Below, piece by piece: positions 14,257-24,146 of a stretch of 64,000 nt of DNA. The notes under the pieces were generated by a model that saw only the letters and a program-made list of their open reading frames with translations, was not told where the DNA came from and did not search any database. The stretch covers positions 61,460 through 125,459 of the forward strand of contig JBBSNM010000001.1 in the NCBI GenBank assembly GCA_038232655.1, read 5' to 3'. The stretch comes from Propionibacteriales bacterium. GTDB lineage: Bacteria; Actinomycetota; Actinomycetes; Propionibacteriales; Nocardioidaceae. The translations under genes were made by a program, and so were the position numbers. Within the stretch, counting starts at the first letter, position 1. Each line of letters begins with the position of its first letter.

Positions 14257-14919
14257 TCAGGATGCCGAGTCGTCGCCGCCGCCGTTCTGCGACGCCGTCC
14301 GTGCATCGGGTGGCAGCCGCAGCGGCAGCGGCTGGCGGGGGGGCATCGGGTCGGCCCCACGGACGACGACGACCTGGCGCAGTGCCTGTTCGAGGGGCTC
14401 CCGCGGCCTCGTCTCGTCCACCGCTGCCCCCAGGAACGTGGCCCGCAGGAGCCACCGCGGACCCTCGACGGCGGCGACCCGCGAGGTCTGGACGCCGCGC
14501 CGCCCGTCGGAAGTCTTGACCGGGATCTGCAACCGCAGCTGCGGGCCGTGCGGGCCATCCAGTTCGTCGACCGTGCCGCCCAGGCGGGTCGTCTCGGCCG
14601 TCATCTCCCGTCGCAGCTCGGCCCACAACCCACCCGACTTGGGCGCCGCGAACACTCGCAGCTCGAGCCCGCTGTCGGGGCCGGCGAACAGCACGGCGGT
14701 GACCGCGCCGGTGTCCTGGTCGGCCTGCAGGCGCAGCTCCAGCCCCTCGATGCCGGTCACCAGCAGGCTGCCCAGGTCGACGCGGTCCGCGGCCGCTGAC
14801 TCGAGGTCGACCTCGGCGGCGTCCCACGGCCCGGTGCTCGCCGCCGGCTCGTCGACGGCCGGCACGCCCGGCTGGACGACCGGGTCGGCGGCCTCGGGAC
14901 GCTTGCGACGGCCGAACAT
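14257..14919 (-). CDS. DUF3710 family protein, 220 aa
   Basis: Begins MFGRRKRPE and contains GPWD..VDLGSL..GPRWLLRATF. ATG 14919 shares one base with the dut stop. Confidence 0.7.
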   Translation of the reverse strand: MFGRRKRPEAADPVVQPGVPAVDEPAASTGPWDAAEVDLESAAADRVDLGSLLVTGIEGLELRLQADQDTGAVTAVLFAGPDSGLELRVFAAPKSGGLWAELRREMTAETTRLGGTVDELDGPHGPQLRLQIPVKTSDGRRGVQTSRVAAVEGPRWLLRATFLGAAVDETRPREPLEQALRQVVVVRGADPMPPRQPLPLRLPPDARTASQNGGGDDSAS

Positions 14920-15404
14920 CAACGATCCTCCCGGCTGGTGGCGGAGGCGGTGAAACCCCCTGTCGAACCGTAGCCGCCGGCGCCGCGCGCCGACTCCGGC
15001 AGCCCCTCGACCGGCACGAACCGGGCCGTCTCCACCCGCTGGATCACGAGCTGGGCGATGCGGTCACCCCGGCGCAATCGCACGGTCTCGGCCGGGTCGA
15101 GGTTGATCAGGCACACCTTGACCTCGCCGCGGTAGCCCGCGTCGACGGTGCCGGGCGCGTTGACGATCGACAACCCGGTGCGCGCTGCCAGCCCCGAGCG
15201 CGGGTGCACGAAGCCGGCATGGCCGGCGGGCAGGGCCAGCGCGACCCCGGTAGGCACCACCGCACGCGCGCCGGGCCCCAGCACCACGTCGACGCTAGTA
15301 ACCAGGTCCGCGCCGGCGTCGTCGTCGTGGGCGTAGGCAGGCAGCGGCAACTCGGGATCGAGGCGTTGGACGAGGATCTCGGGCCGGGTCACGAGGGTGA
15401 CCAT
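14919..15404 (-). CDS. dut: dUTP diphosphatase, 161 aa
   Basis: Motifs [22 protein letters not shown] and the C-terminal [10 protein letters not shown] are present. The start is set at ATG 15404 (MVTLVTRPE) inside ORF 14919..15548. Confidence 0.9.
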   Translation of the reverse strand: MVTLVTRPEILVQRLDPELPLPAYAHDDDAGADLVTSVDVVLGPGARAVVPTGVALALPAGHAGFVHPRSGLAARTGLSIVNAPGTVDAGYRGEVKVCLINLDPAETVRLRRGDRIAQLVIQRVETARFVPVEGLPESARGAGGYGSTGGFTASATSREDR

Positions 15405-15427
15405 AGTGGGCGTGGCAGGCTGGCGAC

Positions 15428-15910
15428 GTGGCCGAGGGCGAGCGCACCGAGCACACCGAGCGGCTGTGGGCTCCGCCGAGCTGGTGGGCCACCGCGGCAG
15501 TGCTGGTTGCCGCGGCCTGGCTCGTGCTGGTCGTGTCCACCCCGGCACTGGTCACCGCGATCGGCACGCTGCTCACCGCCGTGCTGGTGTTCGGCGGCCT
15601 GGGCGCAGCCGGCGCGGTCGAGGTGGGCATACGTCGCGATGAGGTCGTGGCCGGCCGGGCACACGTCCCCCTGCACGTGTGCGGCGCGATCGATCCGCTG
15701 GACGCCCGGGCCACCCGGGCGGTGCGCGGCCCGGAGGCCGATGCGCGGGCCTACCTGCTGCTGCGCCCCTGGGTGCGGCAGGCGGTGCGCATCGAGTTGT
15801 GCGACCCCGACGACCCCACGCCGTACTGGCTCGTCTCGGCGCGGCACCCCGAGCGGATTGCCGCTGCCGTCGTAGCGGCGCGGTCCGTGCCGGGCCGACC
15901 ACCGACGTAG
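15428..15910 (+). CDS. DUF3093 family membrane protein, 160 aa
   Basis: Contains [10 protein letters not shown], two TM helices and ..[16 protein letters not shown]. It is divergent from dut. Confidence 0.65.
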   Translation: MAEGERTEHTERLWAPPSWWATAAVLVAAAWLVLVVSTPALVTAIGTLLTAVLVFGGLGAAGAVEVGIRRDEVVAGRAHVPLHVCGAIDPLDARATRAVRGPEADARAYLLLRPWVRQAVRIELCDPDDPTPYWLVSARHPERIAAAVVAARSVPGRPPT

Positions 15911-15978
15911 GGCACGATGACCATGAGCTGGCCGGATACGCGGCCGGTGTTCACGAGCAGACGACGGACGGGAGCGAT

Positions 15979-16344
15979 GTGGTGGGGCGCAAGGTGAAGA
16001 CGACGTCGGACAACCCGATCGAAGAGGCGCAGGCGCGCGGCGCCACCCGCACCAAGGGTCGGGGGTCGAAGCAGCTGTGGAAGGTCTACAGCAAGGGCGC
16101 GACGGTGCTGGCCGGCGTGCTCACCCTGCAGCTGACGCGGTCGGTGTGGCAGCTGGCGACCCGCAAGAAGGCGCCCAACGCACCCGAGCACCCCGACCTC
16201 GACATCCGCGAGGCGATCATGTGGGCGGTGCTGTCCGGCGTGACCGCCGAGCTGGTGAAGGTGGCCGTCAGCCGCAAGACCGCGCAGTACTGGGTGCGCT
16301 CGACCGGGAACCTGCCCCCAAACATGGATCCGCTGGACGACTAG
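15979..16344 (+). CDS. DUF4235 family protein, 121 aa
   Basis: This is the C-terminal part of ORF 15679..16344, starting at GTG 15979 five nt after GGAG. The pattern KQLWKVYSKGATVLAGVL..AIMWAVLSGVTAELVKVAVSR matches the family. Confidence 0.6.
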   Translation: MVGRKVKTTSDNPIEEAQARGATRTKGRGSKQLWKVYSKGATVLAGVLTLQLTRSVWQLATRKKAPNAPEHPDLDIREAIMWAVLSGVTAELVKVAVSRKTAQYWVRSTGNLPPNMDPLDD

Positions 16345-16385
16345 GCCGCCTCAGTTGCCTCAGGCAGCCCGGTCAGGCAGCCCGG

Positions 16386-16685
16386 TCAGGCAGCACAGTC
16401 GCGGCAGACCGGACCGTGCTTGCCCTGCGTGGCGAGCTGGCTGCGGTGGTGCACCAGGAAGCACGAGGTGCAGGTGAATTCGTCGGTCTGCTTTGGCAGC
16501 ACCTGCACCGCGAGTTCCTCGTGCGACAGGTCGGCGCCTGGCAGTTCGAAGGCCTCGGCGGCCTCGACCTCGTCCTCGTCGACCTTGCCCGAGTTCTTGT
16601 CGTGGCGTCGCGACTTGAGCTCTTCGATGCTGTCTTCGTTGGTTTCTTCCTCGGTCTTGCGAGGTGCGTCATAATCGGTGGCCAT
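16386..16685 (-). CDS. DUF4193 family protein, 99 aa
   Basis: MATDYDAPRKTEEE...DEFTCTSCFLVHHRSQLA...CRDCA. The start is set at ATG 16685 inside ORF 16386..16868. Confidence 0.75.
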   Translation of the reverse strand: MATDYDAPRKTEEETNEDSIEELKSRRHDKNSGKVDEDEVEAAEAFELPGADLSHEELAVQVLPKQTDEFTCTSCFLVHHRSQLATQGKHGPVCRDCAA

Positions 16686-16897
16686 CGTTGAAGTCCGGGT
16701 TCCTCGAGTCGCTGTCGACGTACGGCGCCCGTCGGCTCCGCACGGTGTTGCTCCCCCGGACCCACGTCCGGAGGGCGCCGATTGTGCCGCATCAGCCACC
16801 CGGACACACGTACAAGTCGGCGCGGCGTAATGCGACCCCCGCCACACCCCCGTCTGTGGGTGTGCCAAGGCGGTGCAGGGTGCTCAACAGCGCGTAG

Positions 16898-16927
16898 CCC
16901 GGCGTCATTCCCGTGAGCGACGCCGGG
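16898..16927. terminator. 9-bp GC hairpin (CCCGGCGTC / GACGCCGGG) with TTT on the plus-strand side
   Basis: It lies 42 nt downstream of the suhB stop on the minus strand. The T-run follows the stem only in the plus-strand orientation. Confidence 0.35.
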
Positions 16928-16968
16928 TTTGGGTCGGGGATGTCAGGACGCCGACGCCTTGATCACCT

Positions 16969-17778
16969 TCAGAAGCCGCAGCGGCTGACCAGCTCGTTCA
17001 GGGGCTGCAGCAGGCCCGGAACGGTGGCGAGCACCAGCCGCCGCCCGGGCGGTTCCCCGTCGGCGCCGACGACAACGGCGCCGGCCTCCTCGGCGACCAG
17101 ACCGCCGGCGGCGAGATCCCACGGGTGCAGTCCCTGCTCGACGTAGGCGTCCACCCTCCCGGCTGCCACGGCACACAGGTCCAGCGAGGCCGCACCGAAA
17201 CGGCGGATGTCGCGCACCTCAGACAACAGCCGACCGACGGCTATCGCCTGCCGCCGCCGGGTGTCGAGGTCGTAGGAGAAGCCGGTGGCGATCAGGGCCT
17301 GGTCCAGCGGCGGTGCCGCGGGCACCCGCAGCGAAGCCACCTCGGTGTCGCGCAGGCCACGCCTGGTGGCGCCGTGGCCGCGGGCGGCCGCGAACTCCTC
17401 CCCGGAGGCCACTTCCACCACGCAGCCCGCCACCACGGTCGCGCCCACCCGCGCGGCGACCGACACCGCGTAGGCGGGCAGTCCGTACATGAAGTTGACC
17501 GTGCCGTCGATCGGGTCGAGCACCCAGACCACGCCGGTCCGTCCCGGCTCGTCGAGCCCCTCCTCGCCGACGAAGCCGTCGCCGGGCCGCAGCTCGCGCA
17601 GCCGGTCGCTGAGCCGCTGCTGCACGGCGGTGTCGAAGGAGGTGACCGGGTCGGTCGGGCTGGACTTGGTGGCGCTGACCGCGACCCGGCCAGCCGGTCG
17701 CTCGGTGCGCAGCCAGTCGGCGGCCTCGCGGGACACCGTCACCGCCACCTCGCGCAGGGACTGCGGGCCGGCCGTCAC
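16969..17778 (-). CDS. suhB: inositol monophosphatase family protein, 269 aa
   Basis: Motifs [17 protein letters not shown] and the C-terminal WD.AAG are present. The start is set at GTG 17778, which overlaps the ferrochelatase stop (GTGA). Confidence 0.85.
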   Translation of the reverse strand: MTAGPQSLREVAVTVSREAADWLRTERPAGRVAVSATKSSPTDPVTSFDTAVQQRLSDRLRELRPGDGFVGEEGLDEPGRTGVVWVLDPIDGTVNFMYGLPAYAVSVAARVGATVVAGCVVEVASGEEFAAARGHGATRRGLRDTEVASLRVPAAPPLDQALIATGFSYDLDTRRRQAIAVGRLLSEVRDIRRFGAASLDLCAVAAGRVDAYVEQGLHPWDLAAGGLVAEEAGAVVVGADGEPPGRRLVLATVPGLLQPLNELVSRCGF

Positions 17779-19034
17779 GGCGCCACCGTAGGGGCTGGCG
17801 GCCACGCCGGCGCCGCAACCGGATCCGACCCGCACAGCGCCGGTCGATCAGCGCGCGGGTTGGCACAGCACCCCGCCGGGCAGACGTCCCACGACGCCCC
17901 CAACCGACCGAGAGCCGCGCCGGTCCGTCGGGGAGCGGCGGCATCGCTGCCGGACCGCTCACCGGCGGCCCGCTCGAGCAGCAGCGTGCGCACCAGCCGT
18001 ACGAAACGCGGGTCTGTGCCGGGCGTCGGCACCCGGGCGAAGCCGAGACCGAGCTCGGCCGCGGTGGCGGCTGCCTCGGTGTCCAGGTCGTAGACGACCT
18101 CCATGTGGTCGGACACGAAGCCGATCGGCACCACGACGACCCCGGTCGCCCGCGCGCCGTCGCCCTCGCTTTCGGCCAGCGCCGCCAGGTGGTCGTTGAT
18201 GTCCGGCTCCAGCCACGGCACCTGTGGCGGTCCGGAGCGCGAGCAGTACACCAGGTCATGCTGGTACCGCTGCCCGGTCTGGGCCGCTACCTCGTCAGAC
18301 ACCAGCCGGGCTACCTCCTCGTGCTGGCGGGCGTACGCACCCCCGTCCGTGCCGGCGGACCGGCCGCTGGCGCGGTTCATCGCGACCGGGATCGAATGCG
18401 TGACGAACACCAGCCGCACCCCGTCCGTGCCCTGGTGGCCGTGGGCCGCGAGGCGCTGCAGGGCGTCGAGGGTGCAGCCGACGAACGGTTCGACGAAACC
18501 CGGGTGGTTGTAGTAGTGCCGCAGCTTGTCCAGCCGGGGCGGCGGCATGCCGGTCGCCGACACCTCGGCGACGGCGTCAAAGAGGTTCTCGCGGTACTGA
18601 CGGCAGCCGGAGTACGACGAGTAGGCGCTGGTGACGAAGCAGGCAACGCGGCGCACTCCGGCGCGCTGCATGTCGCGCACCGTGTCGGCCAGGTAGGGGT
18701 CCCAGTTGCGGTTGCCCCAGTAGACCGGAAGGTCGATGTCGTGAGCCGCCAGGTCGGCCCGCACGGCGGCCAGGAGCGCACGGCACTGGTCGTTGATCGG
18801 GCTGCGGCCGTCGAAGGCGTGGTAGTGCGCGCCGACCTCCACCAACCGGTCGCGGGGGATGCCGCGGCCACGGGTGACGTTCGCGAGGAACGGCAGCACG
18901 TCGGCCGCACCCTCGGGCCCTCCGAACGACACCAGCAGCAACGCGTCGTACGGGTCGGTGCTGGCCCCGGCGGCGTCGGCGGTGGTGACGGTGGCGGGGT
19001 CGGGTGTGGTGCCCTCGAGAGGCGCGTCTGTCAT
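17775..19034 (-). CDS. hemH: ferrochelatase (coproporphyrin ferrochelatase type) with Cys-rich C-terminal extension, 419 aa
   Basis: This is the last 419 codons of ORF 17775..20645, starting at ATG 19034. It contains [17 protein letters not shown] and [13 protein letters not shown]. The C-terminal CPAGCC..x10..C pattern resembles the [2Fe-2S] ligands of actinobacterial ferrochelatases. Confidence 0.9.
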   Translation of the reverse strand: MTDAPLEGTTPDPATVTTADAAGASTDPYDALLLVSFGGPEGAADVLPFLANVTRGRGIPRDRLVEVGAHYHAFDGRSPINDQCRALLAAVRADLAAHDIDLPVYWGNRNWDPYLADTVRDMQRAGVRRVACFVTSAYSSYSGCRQYRENLFDAVAEVSATGMPPPRLDKLRHYYNHPGFVEPFVGCTLDALQRLAAHGHQGTDGVRLVFVTHSIPVAMNRASGRSAGTDGGAYARQHEEVARLVSDEVAAQTGQRYQHDLVYCSRSGPPQVPWLEPDINDHLAALAESEGDGARATGVVVVPIGFVSDHMEVVYDLDTEAAATAAELGLGFARVPTPGTDPRFVRLVRTLLLERAAGERSGSDAAAPRRTGAALGRLGASWDVCPAGCCANPRADRPALCGSDPVAAPAWPPAPTVAP

Positions 19035-19130
19035 CGGCTGGTCGTGATCCCTTCGGCGGCGGCCGCAGCGATCACGGCCCGTAGGCTGGGCAGGCTCTCG
19101 GCCCATTGTCGACGCCCATGGACGATCCTC

Positions 19131-20399
19131 GTGCTCCAGCCCTACCGCCGCATCCTGTCGCTGCCCGGCGCGGTGGCGTTCAGCGCCGCCGGTCTGCTGG
19201 CGCGGCTGCCGATGTCGATGACCGGGCTGGGCATCGTGCTGCTGGTCAGCCAGCGCACCGGCTCCTATGGGGACGCCGGCGTGGTGGCCGCCATCACCGT
19301 GGTGGCGGCGGCCGCCGCGAACCCACCGCTTGCCCGGTTGCTCGACCGCCGCGGCCAGACCGTCGTACTGCCCGTCGCCGCCGCGGCCTCGGCGTTGGGG
19401 CTCTGCGTGCTGATCTGGTCGGTCGAGGCCGGCTGGCCGGTCGGGTGGACGTGGGTGGCCGCAGCCGTCGGCGGGGCGAGTTTCCCGCCGTACGGCTCGG
19501 CGGTGCGGGCCCGCTGGTCCGCAGTGGTCGGTGGCCGGGGGCAGCTGACGACCGCGTTCGCCCTGGAGGGGTCGGCCGACGAGGCGGTCTTCGTGGCCGG
19601 TCCGGTCATCGTGACCTTCGTCGCGACCAGCGTGCATCCCGCCGCCGGGCTGGCCACCTCGATCGGGTGCGGCCTCGCCGGCGGGCTGGCCCTGGCCGCG
19701 CAACGCGGTACCGCCCCCGCACCGGCACCGGTCAGGAGGTCGACGTCGGCCCAGCCCGCGATGCGCTGGGACCGGCTGCTGCCGCTGTGCGTGGTGGCGG
19801 CGGGGCTCGGTTGCCTGTTCGGCTCGGTCGAGATCGTCACGGTGGCCTTCGCCGACGAGAGCGGTGACCGCGCCCTCGCCGGTTGGCTGCTGGGTGTCTG
19901 GGCAACCGGCAGCCTGCTCGCCGGCCTGACCCTCGGCATGCTGCCCGGCCCGGGCCGCCCGCTGCTGCGGCTGCGAGTCGGTGCGCTGCTGCTGGCCGCC
20001 AGCATCGCGCTGGCCGGGCTCGCGACGACCCCACTGGTGCTCGGCGCGCTGTTGCTGGCCTCGGGGGTGACGATCGCGCCGACCCTGATCTCGGCCACCA
20101 CCCTGGCCGCCACCTACAGCCCGCCCACCCGGCTCACCGAGGGCATCACCTGGGTGACGACGGGGCTCACGATCGGTGTCGCGCCGGGGGCGGCCCTGGC
20201 CGGGCTGGCGGTCGACGCCTGGGGGGCGTCTCCCGCCTTCGCGGTGCCGGTCGCGGCCGGGCTGCTCGCGGCGTGTTCGGCGTGGATGATCGGCGACCGC
20301 ACGGCGAGTCTGGTTGGTCCGGCGGCCGCGGAGGACGAAACTGTCGACAAGTCGTCCGCGCCCGTCGGCGGGGACGTTGGGAGGCGACAGGATGCGTGA
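19131..20399 (+). CDS. MFS transporter, 422 aa
   Basis: This is the latter part of ORF 18105..20399, starting at GTG 19131 ([13 protein letters not shown]). It has about 12 hydrophobic segments. Confidence 0.75.
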   Translation: MLQPYRRILSLPGAVAFSAAGLLARLPMSMTGLGIVLLVSQRTGSYGDAGVVAAITVVAAAAANPPLARLLDRRGQTVVLPVAAAASALGLCVLIWSVEAGWPVGWTWVAAAVGGASFPPYGSAVRARWSAVVGGRGQLTTAFALEGSADEAVFVAGPVIVTFVATSVHPAAGLATSIGCGLAGGLALAAQRGTAPAPAPVRRSTSAQPAMRWDRLLPLCVVAAGLGCLFGSVEIVTVAFADESGDRALAGWLLGVWATGSLLAGLTLGMLPGPGRPLLRLRVGALLLAASIALAGLATTPLVLGALLLASGVTIAPTLISATTLAATYSPPTRLTEGITWVTTGLTIGVAPGAALAGLAVDAWGASPAFAVPVAAGLLAACSAWMIGDRTASLVGPAAAEDETVDKSSAPVGGDVGRRQDA

Positions 20400-21498
20400 C
20401 CTCGAGCTCGTCGGGCTGAGCGGGGACGCCGAGCACGTCGTGCTGCGCGACGGGCGCGAGGACTTTCGCATTCGCGTCGACGACCGCCTCCGCGCCGCAC
20501 TCCGCGGCGACCGTGTGCGACTCGGACAGGTGGAGAACAGCATGGACAGTGTGTTGCGCCCTCGAGACATCCAGGCCCGCATCCGGGCCGGCGAGTCACC
20601 GGAGGCGGTCGCGGCGGTCGCCCAGGTCTCCCTCGAACGCATCATGGGCTATGCCCTGCCGGTGCTCGCCGAGCGCGAGCACGTGTGCCGGCAGGCACGT
20701 CAGTCGGGGTTGCGCCGCAAGCACGCCTCCGGACCGGGCCGCCTGCTGGGCACCGCTGTCGACGAGCATCTGCGCAGCAACGGCTGGGATCCCGAGGCTG
20801 CCAGCTGGGATTCGTGGCGCCGCGAGGACGGCCGGTGGTCGGTGACGGTGGCCGCGTCGAGCAACGGCACGCCCGCAACCTTCCTCTTCGATGCCCCGGG
20901 GCGTTATGTCGTCGCCCACGACGACGCCGGCCGGCGGCTGGTGGGTGACGAGCCGCCGCTGTCGGTGGAGCCCGAGAGCGACGAGCCACGCTCCGGGCTG
21001 CCACCTGTCGGCACCGGTGTCGACAGCGACCAGGTGCGACCGCGCTCCGTCCGGCCAGCGCTGGACGAGCCCACCGACAACAGCTCCGACGAGACGGTCG
21101 ACCTGGCGGTGCTGAGCGCCGACTTGGCGGCGCTCGAGGCCGAAGCGGCGGCCGCGCACGAAGCCGAGACGCGCGACCAGGACCTCGAGGCGACCGAGAA
21201 TCCGCAGCCACCGGCCCGCGTCAGCGCGCTCGACCGGCTGCGCCGCCAGCGCGCACAGGCCGATGACCCGTTGCCCTTCGACAGCGACCCGTCGGGCGCC
21301 TCGGGAGCCGAGGAGGCATCGGCCGACGACGACGTCGAGGCGATCGCCCGGTTGACGTCGGTGCCCGTCGAGCAGCGGCCGGTGGCGGTCGGCGAGTCCG
21401 GCAGCGAACCGGGTGAAGAGCCCCGCCGCCGAAAGAGCAACCGACGCGCCGTTCCCAGCTGGGACGAGATCATGTTCGGGTCGAAGCCTCAGGGCTGA
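20392..21498 (+). CDS. sepH: septation protein SepH (DUF3071 N-terminal domain), 368 aa
   Basis: The DUF3071 signature [40 protein letters not shown] is followed by a disordered acidic region and a basic C-terminus ([19 protein letters not shown]). Confidence 0.8.
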   Translation: MRDLELVGLSGDAEHVVLRDGREDFRIRVDDRLRAALRGDRVRLGQVENSMDSVLRPRDIQARIRAGESPEAVAAVAQVSLERIMGYALPVLAEREHVCRQARQSGLRRKHASGPGRLLGTAVDEHLRSNGWDPEAASWDSWRREDGRWSVTVAASSNGTPATFLFDAPGRYVVAHDDAGRRLVGDEPPLSVEPESDEPRSGLPPVGTGVDSDQVRPRSVRPALDEPTDNSSDETVDLAVLSADLAALEAEAAAAHEAETRDQDLEATENPQPPARVSALDRLRRQRAQADDPLPFDSDPSGASGAEEASADDDVEAIARLTSVPVEQRPVAVGESGSEPGEEPRRRKSNRRAVPSWDEIMFGSKPQG

Positions 21499-21539
21499 TC
21501 GCCTCAGGGCTGATCGGCGGCCTCCGGTCAACCGTCGGG

Positions 21540-22394
21540 TCAACCGGGCGCCGCGCCGGTGGCGACCGGACGGTCGCTGCGTGCCGGGTCGGCCACCCAC
21601 TCGCTCCACGACCCGGGCCACAGCGACGCCGCGAAACCTGCCACCTCGAGGGCCAGCACCTGGTGGGCGGCTGTCACGCCTGAGCCGCAGTAGACCCCCA
21701 CCTGGCCGTCGCCGGCTTCGGTCACACCCAGGGCTGCGAACCGGGCCGCCAGGTCCGCAACCGGGAGCATCCGACCGTCGTCGCCGACATTGTCGCTGGT
21801 CGGCGCGCTGACGGCACCGGGCATGTGGCCGGCGACCCCGTCCACCGGTTCGACCTCGCCGCGGTAGCGCTGTGCCGCGCGCGCGTCGAGCAGCACACCC
21901 GTCCGAGCCACCACGGCCGCCTCGTCGGCACTGAGCCGTGGCATCGCCCCGCAGGCAGGCTCCAGGTCGCCGGTGGCCGGCGGGGTGCCCGGACCGGTCT
22001 CCACCGGCTGCCCGGCCGCGAGCCAGGCGTCGTATCCGCCGTCGAGCACGCTGACGTCGCGGTGACCGGCATCGCGGAGCAACCACCAGCAGCGGGCCGC
22101 AGCGGTCGCGTCGCGCTGGTCGTAGACGACCACCGGCCGATCGCCACGGACGCCGGCCGAACGCATCGCCGTCGAGAAGGCACGCGGGTCGGGCAACGGG
22201 TGGCGGCCGCCCGACCCGGCCGGCGCTGCCAGCTCGCGGTCGAGGTCGACGAACACGGCGGCCGGGAGGTGGCCGAACTCGTAGCCCACCCGCCCCGGCG
22301 GGCCGCCGAGCGACCAGCGCACGTCGAGCAGCGTCGGCCCGCCGGCAGCGGCCAGCAGCGCCCGCAGCCGGTCGACGGTGACTAGCGGGCTCAT
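21540..22394 (-). CDS. sseA: rhodanese-domain sulfurtransferase (SseA/thiosulfate sulfurtransferase-like), 284 aa
   Basis: Two rhodanese domains are present, with the active-site loop YCGSGVTA. The start is set at ATG 22394 inside ORF 21540..22910. Confidence 0.85.
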   Translation of the reverse strand: MSPLVTVDRLRALLAAAGGPTLLDVRWSLGGPPGRVGYEFGHLPAAVFVDLDRELAAPAGSGGRHPLPDPRAFSTAMRSAGVRGDRPVVVYDQRDATAAARCWWLLRDAGHRDVSVLDGGYDAWLAAGQPVETGPGTPPATGDLEPACGAMPRLSADEAAVVARTGVLLDARAAQRYRGEVEPVDGVAGHMPGAVSAPTSDNVGDDGRMLPVADLAARFAALGVTEAGDGQVGVYCGSGVTAAHQVLALEVAGFAASLWPGSWSEWVADPARSDRPVATGAAPG

Positions 22395-22986
22395 GGCATC
22401 TTCTCCGAGGGCATCTTCTCCGAGGTCATCTCGTCCAGGGGCAGCACGTCGGGTGACAGCGAGGCGGCCCGCGCGGGCCGCGGTCAGCCGACGGCGGTGG
22501 TGGCGCCGGCACAACACCTCGTAGCCCACGTCTGCTCCCAGGCGGTCGACCGCGTCGACGTCCCCGACGACGACCACCTCGCCCTCGACGACCATCTCTC
22601 GCCGGCGACCGTCCGGGCGTTGTGCGGGGCCGGTTCGCCGCACCAACACAGCGCACGGACCTGCAGCACCTCGGTACGGTCGGCGAGCTCCACCAGCCGC
22701 ATCGAGCCGGGGAACATCCGGGTGCGGAAATCGGTGAGGATTCCGAAAGCGAACACGTCGGTATCGAGCTCGCCGACGACGTGGCTCCAGAAGTCGAAGC
22801 CGGCGGCCACCTCGGTCGCGCCGACGTGCAGGCCGAGCCTGCTGGACAAGGTGGCCGCACCGGCGCGGTCGTGCGAGTGAAGCGCCGCCCGACCCGACCC
22901 CGGGCGGCACGGTTGTGATCGGTCTGCAGCGCGAGCGTCGACTTGCCGCAGTCCATGGTGCCGGTGAAGAACACGAGGTCAGCCAC
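22391..22986 (-). pseudogene. tdk: thymidine kinase, disrupted by about 3 frameshifts
   Basis: The Tdk sequence is spread over three frames. P-loop: LVFFTGTMDCGKST, ORF 22426..22986. Core: SSRLGL..FGILTDFR..FPGS..LADR..CWCG, ORF 22484..22849. C-terminal part: VVEGEVVVVGD..YEVLCRRHH, frame of ORF 21540..22910. A final short segment back in the ORF 22484..22849 frame ends in a TGA that overlaps the sseA ATG. Confidence 0.65.
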
Positions 22987-23001
22987 GGTTGCTGGCTCGC
23001 C

Positions 23002-24135
23002 TCAGGCGCCCACGACGTCGACCAGCAGCGGGACGTACATCTCCGCAGCCGTCAGGGAGCCGTGAAAGCCGCGCATCTTGGCCTCCACCGGGAACCGGCT
23101 GTTCGCGATCGCCGCCGAGGTCCCTCGCATCGCCACCAGCACGTCGCCGAGACGGGGGCGCACTGCTGCATCGACCGGACCGAACCAGCCGGCAGCTTCC
23201 GCCTGGTCACGGGTGTACACCCAGGCCCGGTCGCCGAGCACCTCGCGCCACGCACCGGCAACGTCGTCGGTTGCCCCCGCGGCGGTGTAGACGTGCCGGA
23301 ACCGCGCCTCCCCGCCCAGCAGCACCAGCCCGTCGCTGAGCTCCGGCACTGCGTCGACGTCGATCCGGTCGGCGTCGGGCACGTCGACCATGCCGTGGTC
23401 ACCGGTGACGACCAGCGCCGTGCCGCCGGGGAGGGCCTCGCGCAGCGACCGTGCCTCGCCGTCGAGGCGCCGCAGCGCCTGCCTCCACTGCTCGGAGCCG
23501 CAGCCGTGCTCGTGCCCCGCGTGGTCCAGCCGCGAGCTGTAGGTGTAGGTCAACGACCCGGGGATCTCGGCCGCGTCGGAGACGCAGCCGATCCGCTCCC
23601 AGGCGGAGTTCGCCTCGACATAGTCGGCGCCCCGCTGGCTGATCCGGGTCAGCCCCGACCCGACGAATGTGGAGCGGCTGACGACGGTCGCGGCGGCACC
23701 GAAGGCCCGCATCCGGCCGAAGACGGTGGGGTGCGGCTGCCACTGCGTGGGGTCGACGGCGGCGTCCCACGTGAGCGCGTTGAGCAACGCCCCGGTACCG
23801 GGGATGCGAGCGGTGTAGCCCACGACGCCGTGCCGACCGGGCGGCAGCCCGGTCCCGAGACTGGTGATGCTGCTCGCGGTCGTGGACGGCACACACGCGG
23901 TCATGGGCGGTCGCTCCGCCGTGCGCAGGCCGGCGAGGTAGGGGGCCTCGTCGGGGTGCTCGTCGAGCAGTTCCGCGCCCAGCCCGTCGAGCAGCATCAC
24001 CACCCACGACGTCGCCGCCGGCAGACCCAGAACGTCGTCGAACTCCGGGACACCGCACCGGGCCGCGATCGCCGGGAGAAGCTCGGCAATCGTGCGGCGG
24101 TCGTGCGCGGGCAGGACGGGCTCGCCAGGCTGCAT
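23002..24135 (-). CDS. alkaline phosphatase superfamily protein (nucleotide pyrophosphatase/phosphodiesterase-like), 377 aa
   Basis: Contains LLDGLG, the nucleophile region VPSTTASSITSLGTG, and HAGHEHG / TGDHGM metal-ligand motifs. Confidence 0.75.
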   Translation of the reverse strand: MQPGEPVLPAHDRRTIAELLPAIAARCGVPEFDDVLGLPAATSWVVMLLDGLGAELLDEHPDEAPYLAGLRTAERPPMTACVPSTTASSITSLGTGLPPGRHGVVGYTARIPGTGALLNALTWDAAVDPTQWQPHPTVFGRMRAFGAAATVVSRSTFVGSGLTRISQRGADYVEANSAWERIGCVSDAAEIPGSLTYTYSSRLDHAGHEHGCGSEQWRQALRRLDGEARSLREALPGGTALVVTGDHGMVDVPDADRIDVDAVPELSDGLVLLGGEARFRHVYTAAGATDDVAGAWREVLGDRAWVYTRDQAEAAGWFGPVDAAVRPRLGDVLVAMRGTSAAIANSRFPVEAKMRGFHGSLTAAEMYVPLLVDVVGA

Positions 24136-24146
24136 CGGATCGAGCC

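Noticed and set aside
17775-20645. A 956-aa ORF that would make a giant ferrochelatase fusion.
   Set aside because: Only the last 419 codons (from ATG 19034) are ferrochelatase-like. The upstream 537 codons are Arg/Gly/Pro-rich and antisense to the MFS transporter and the start of sepH.
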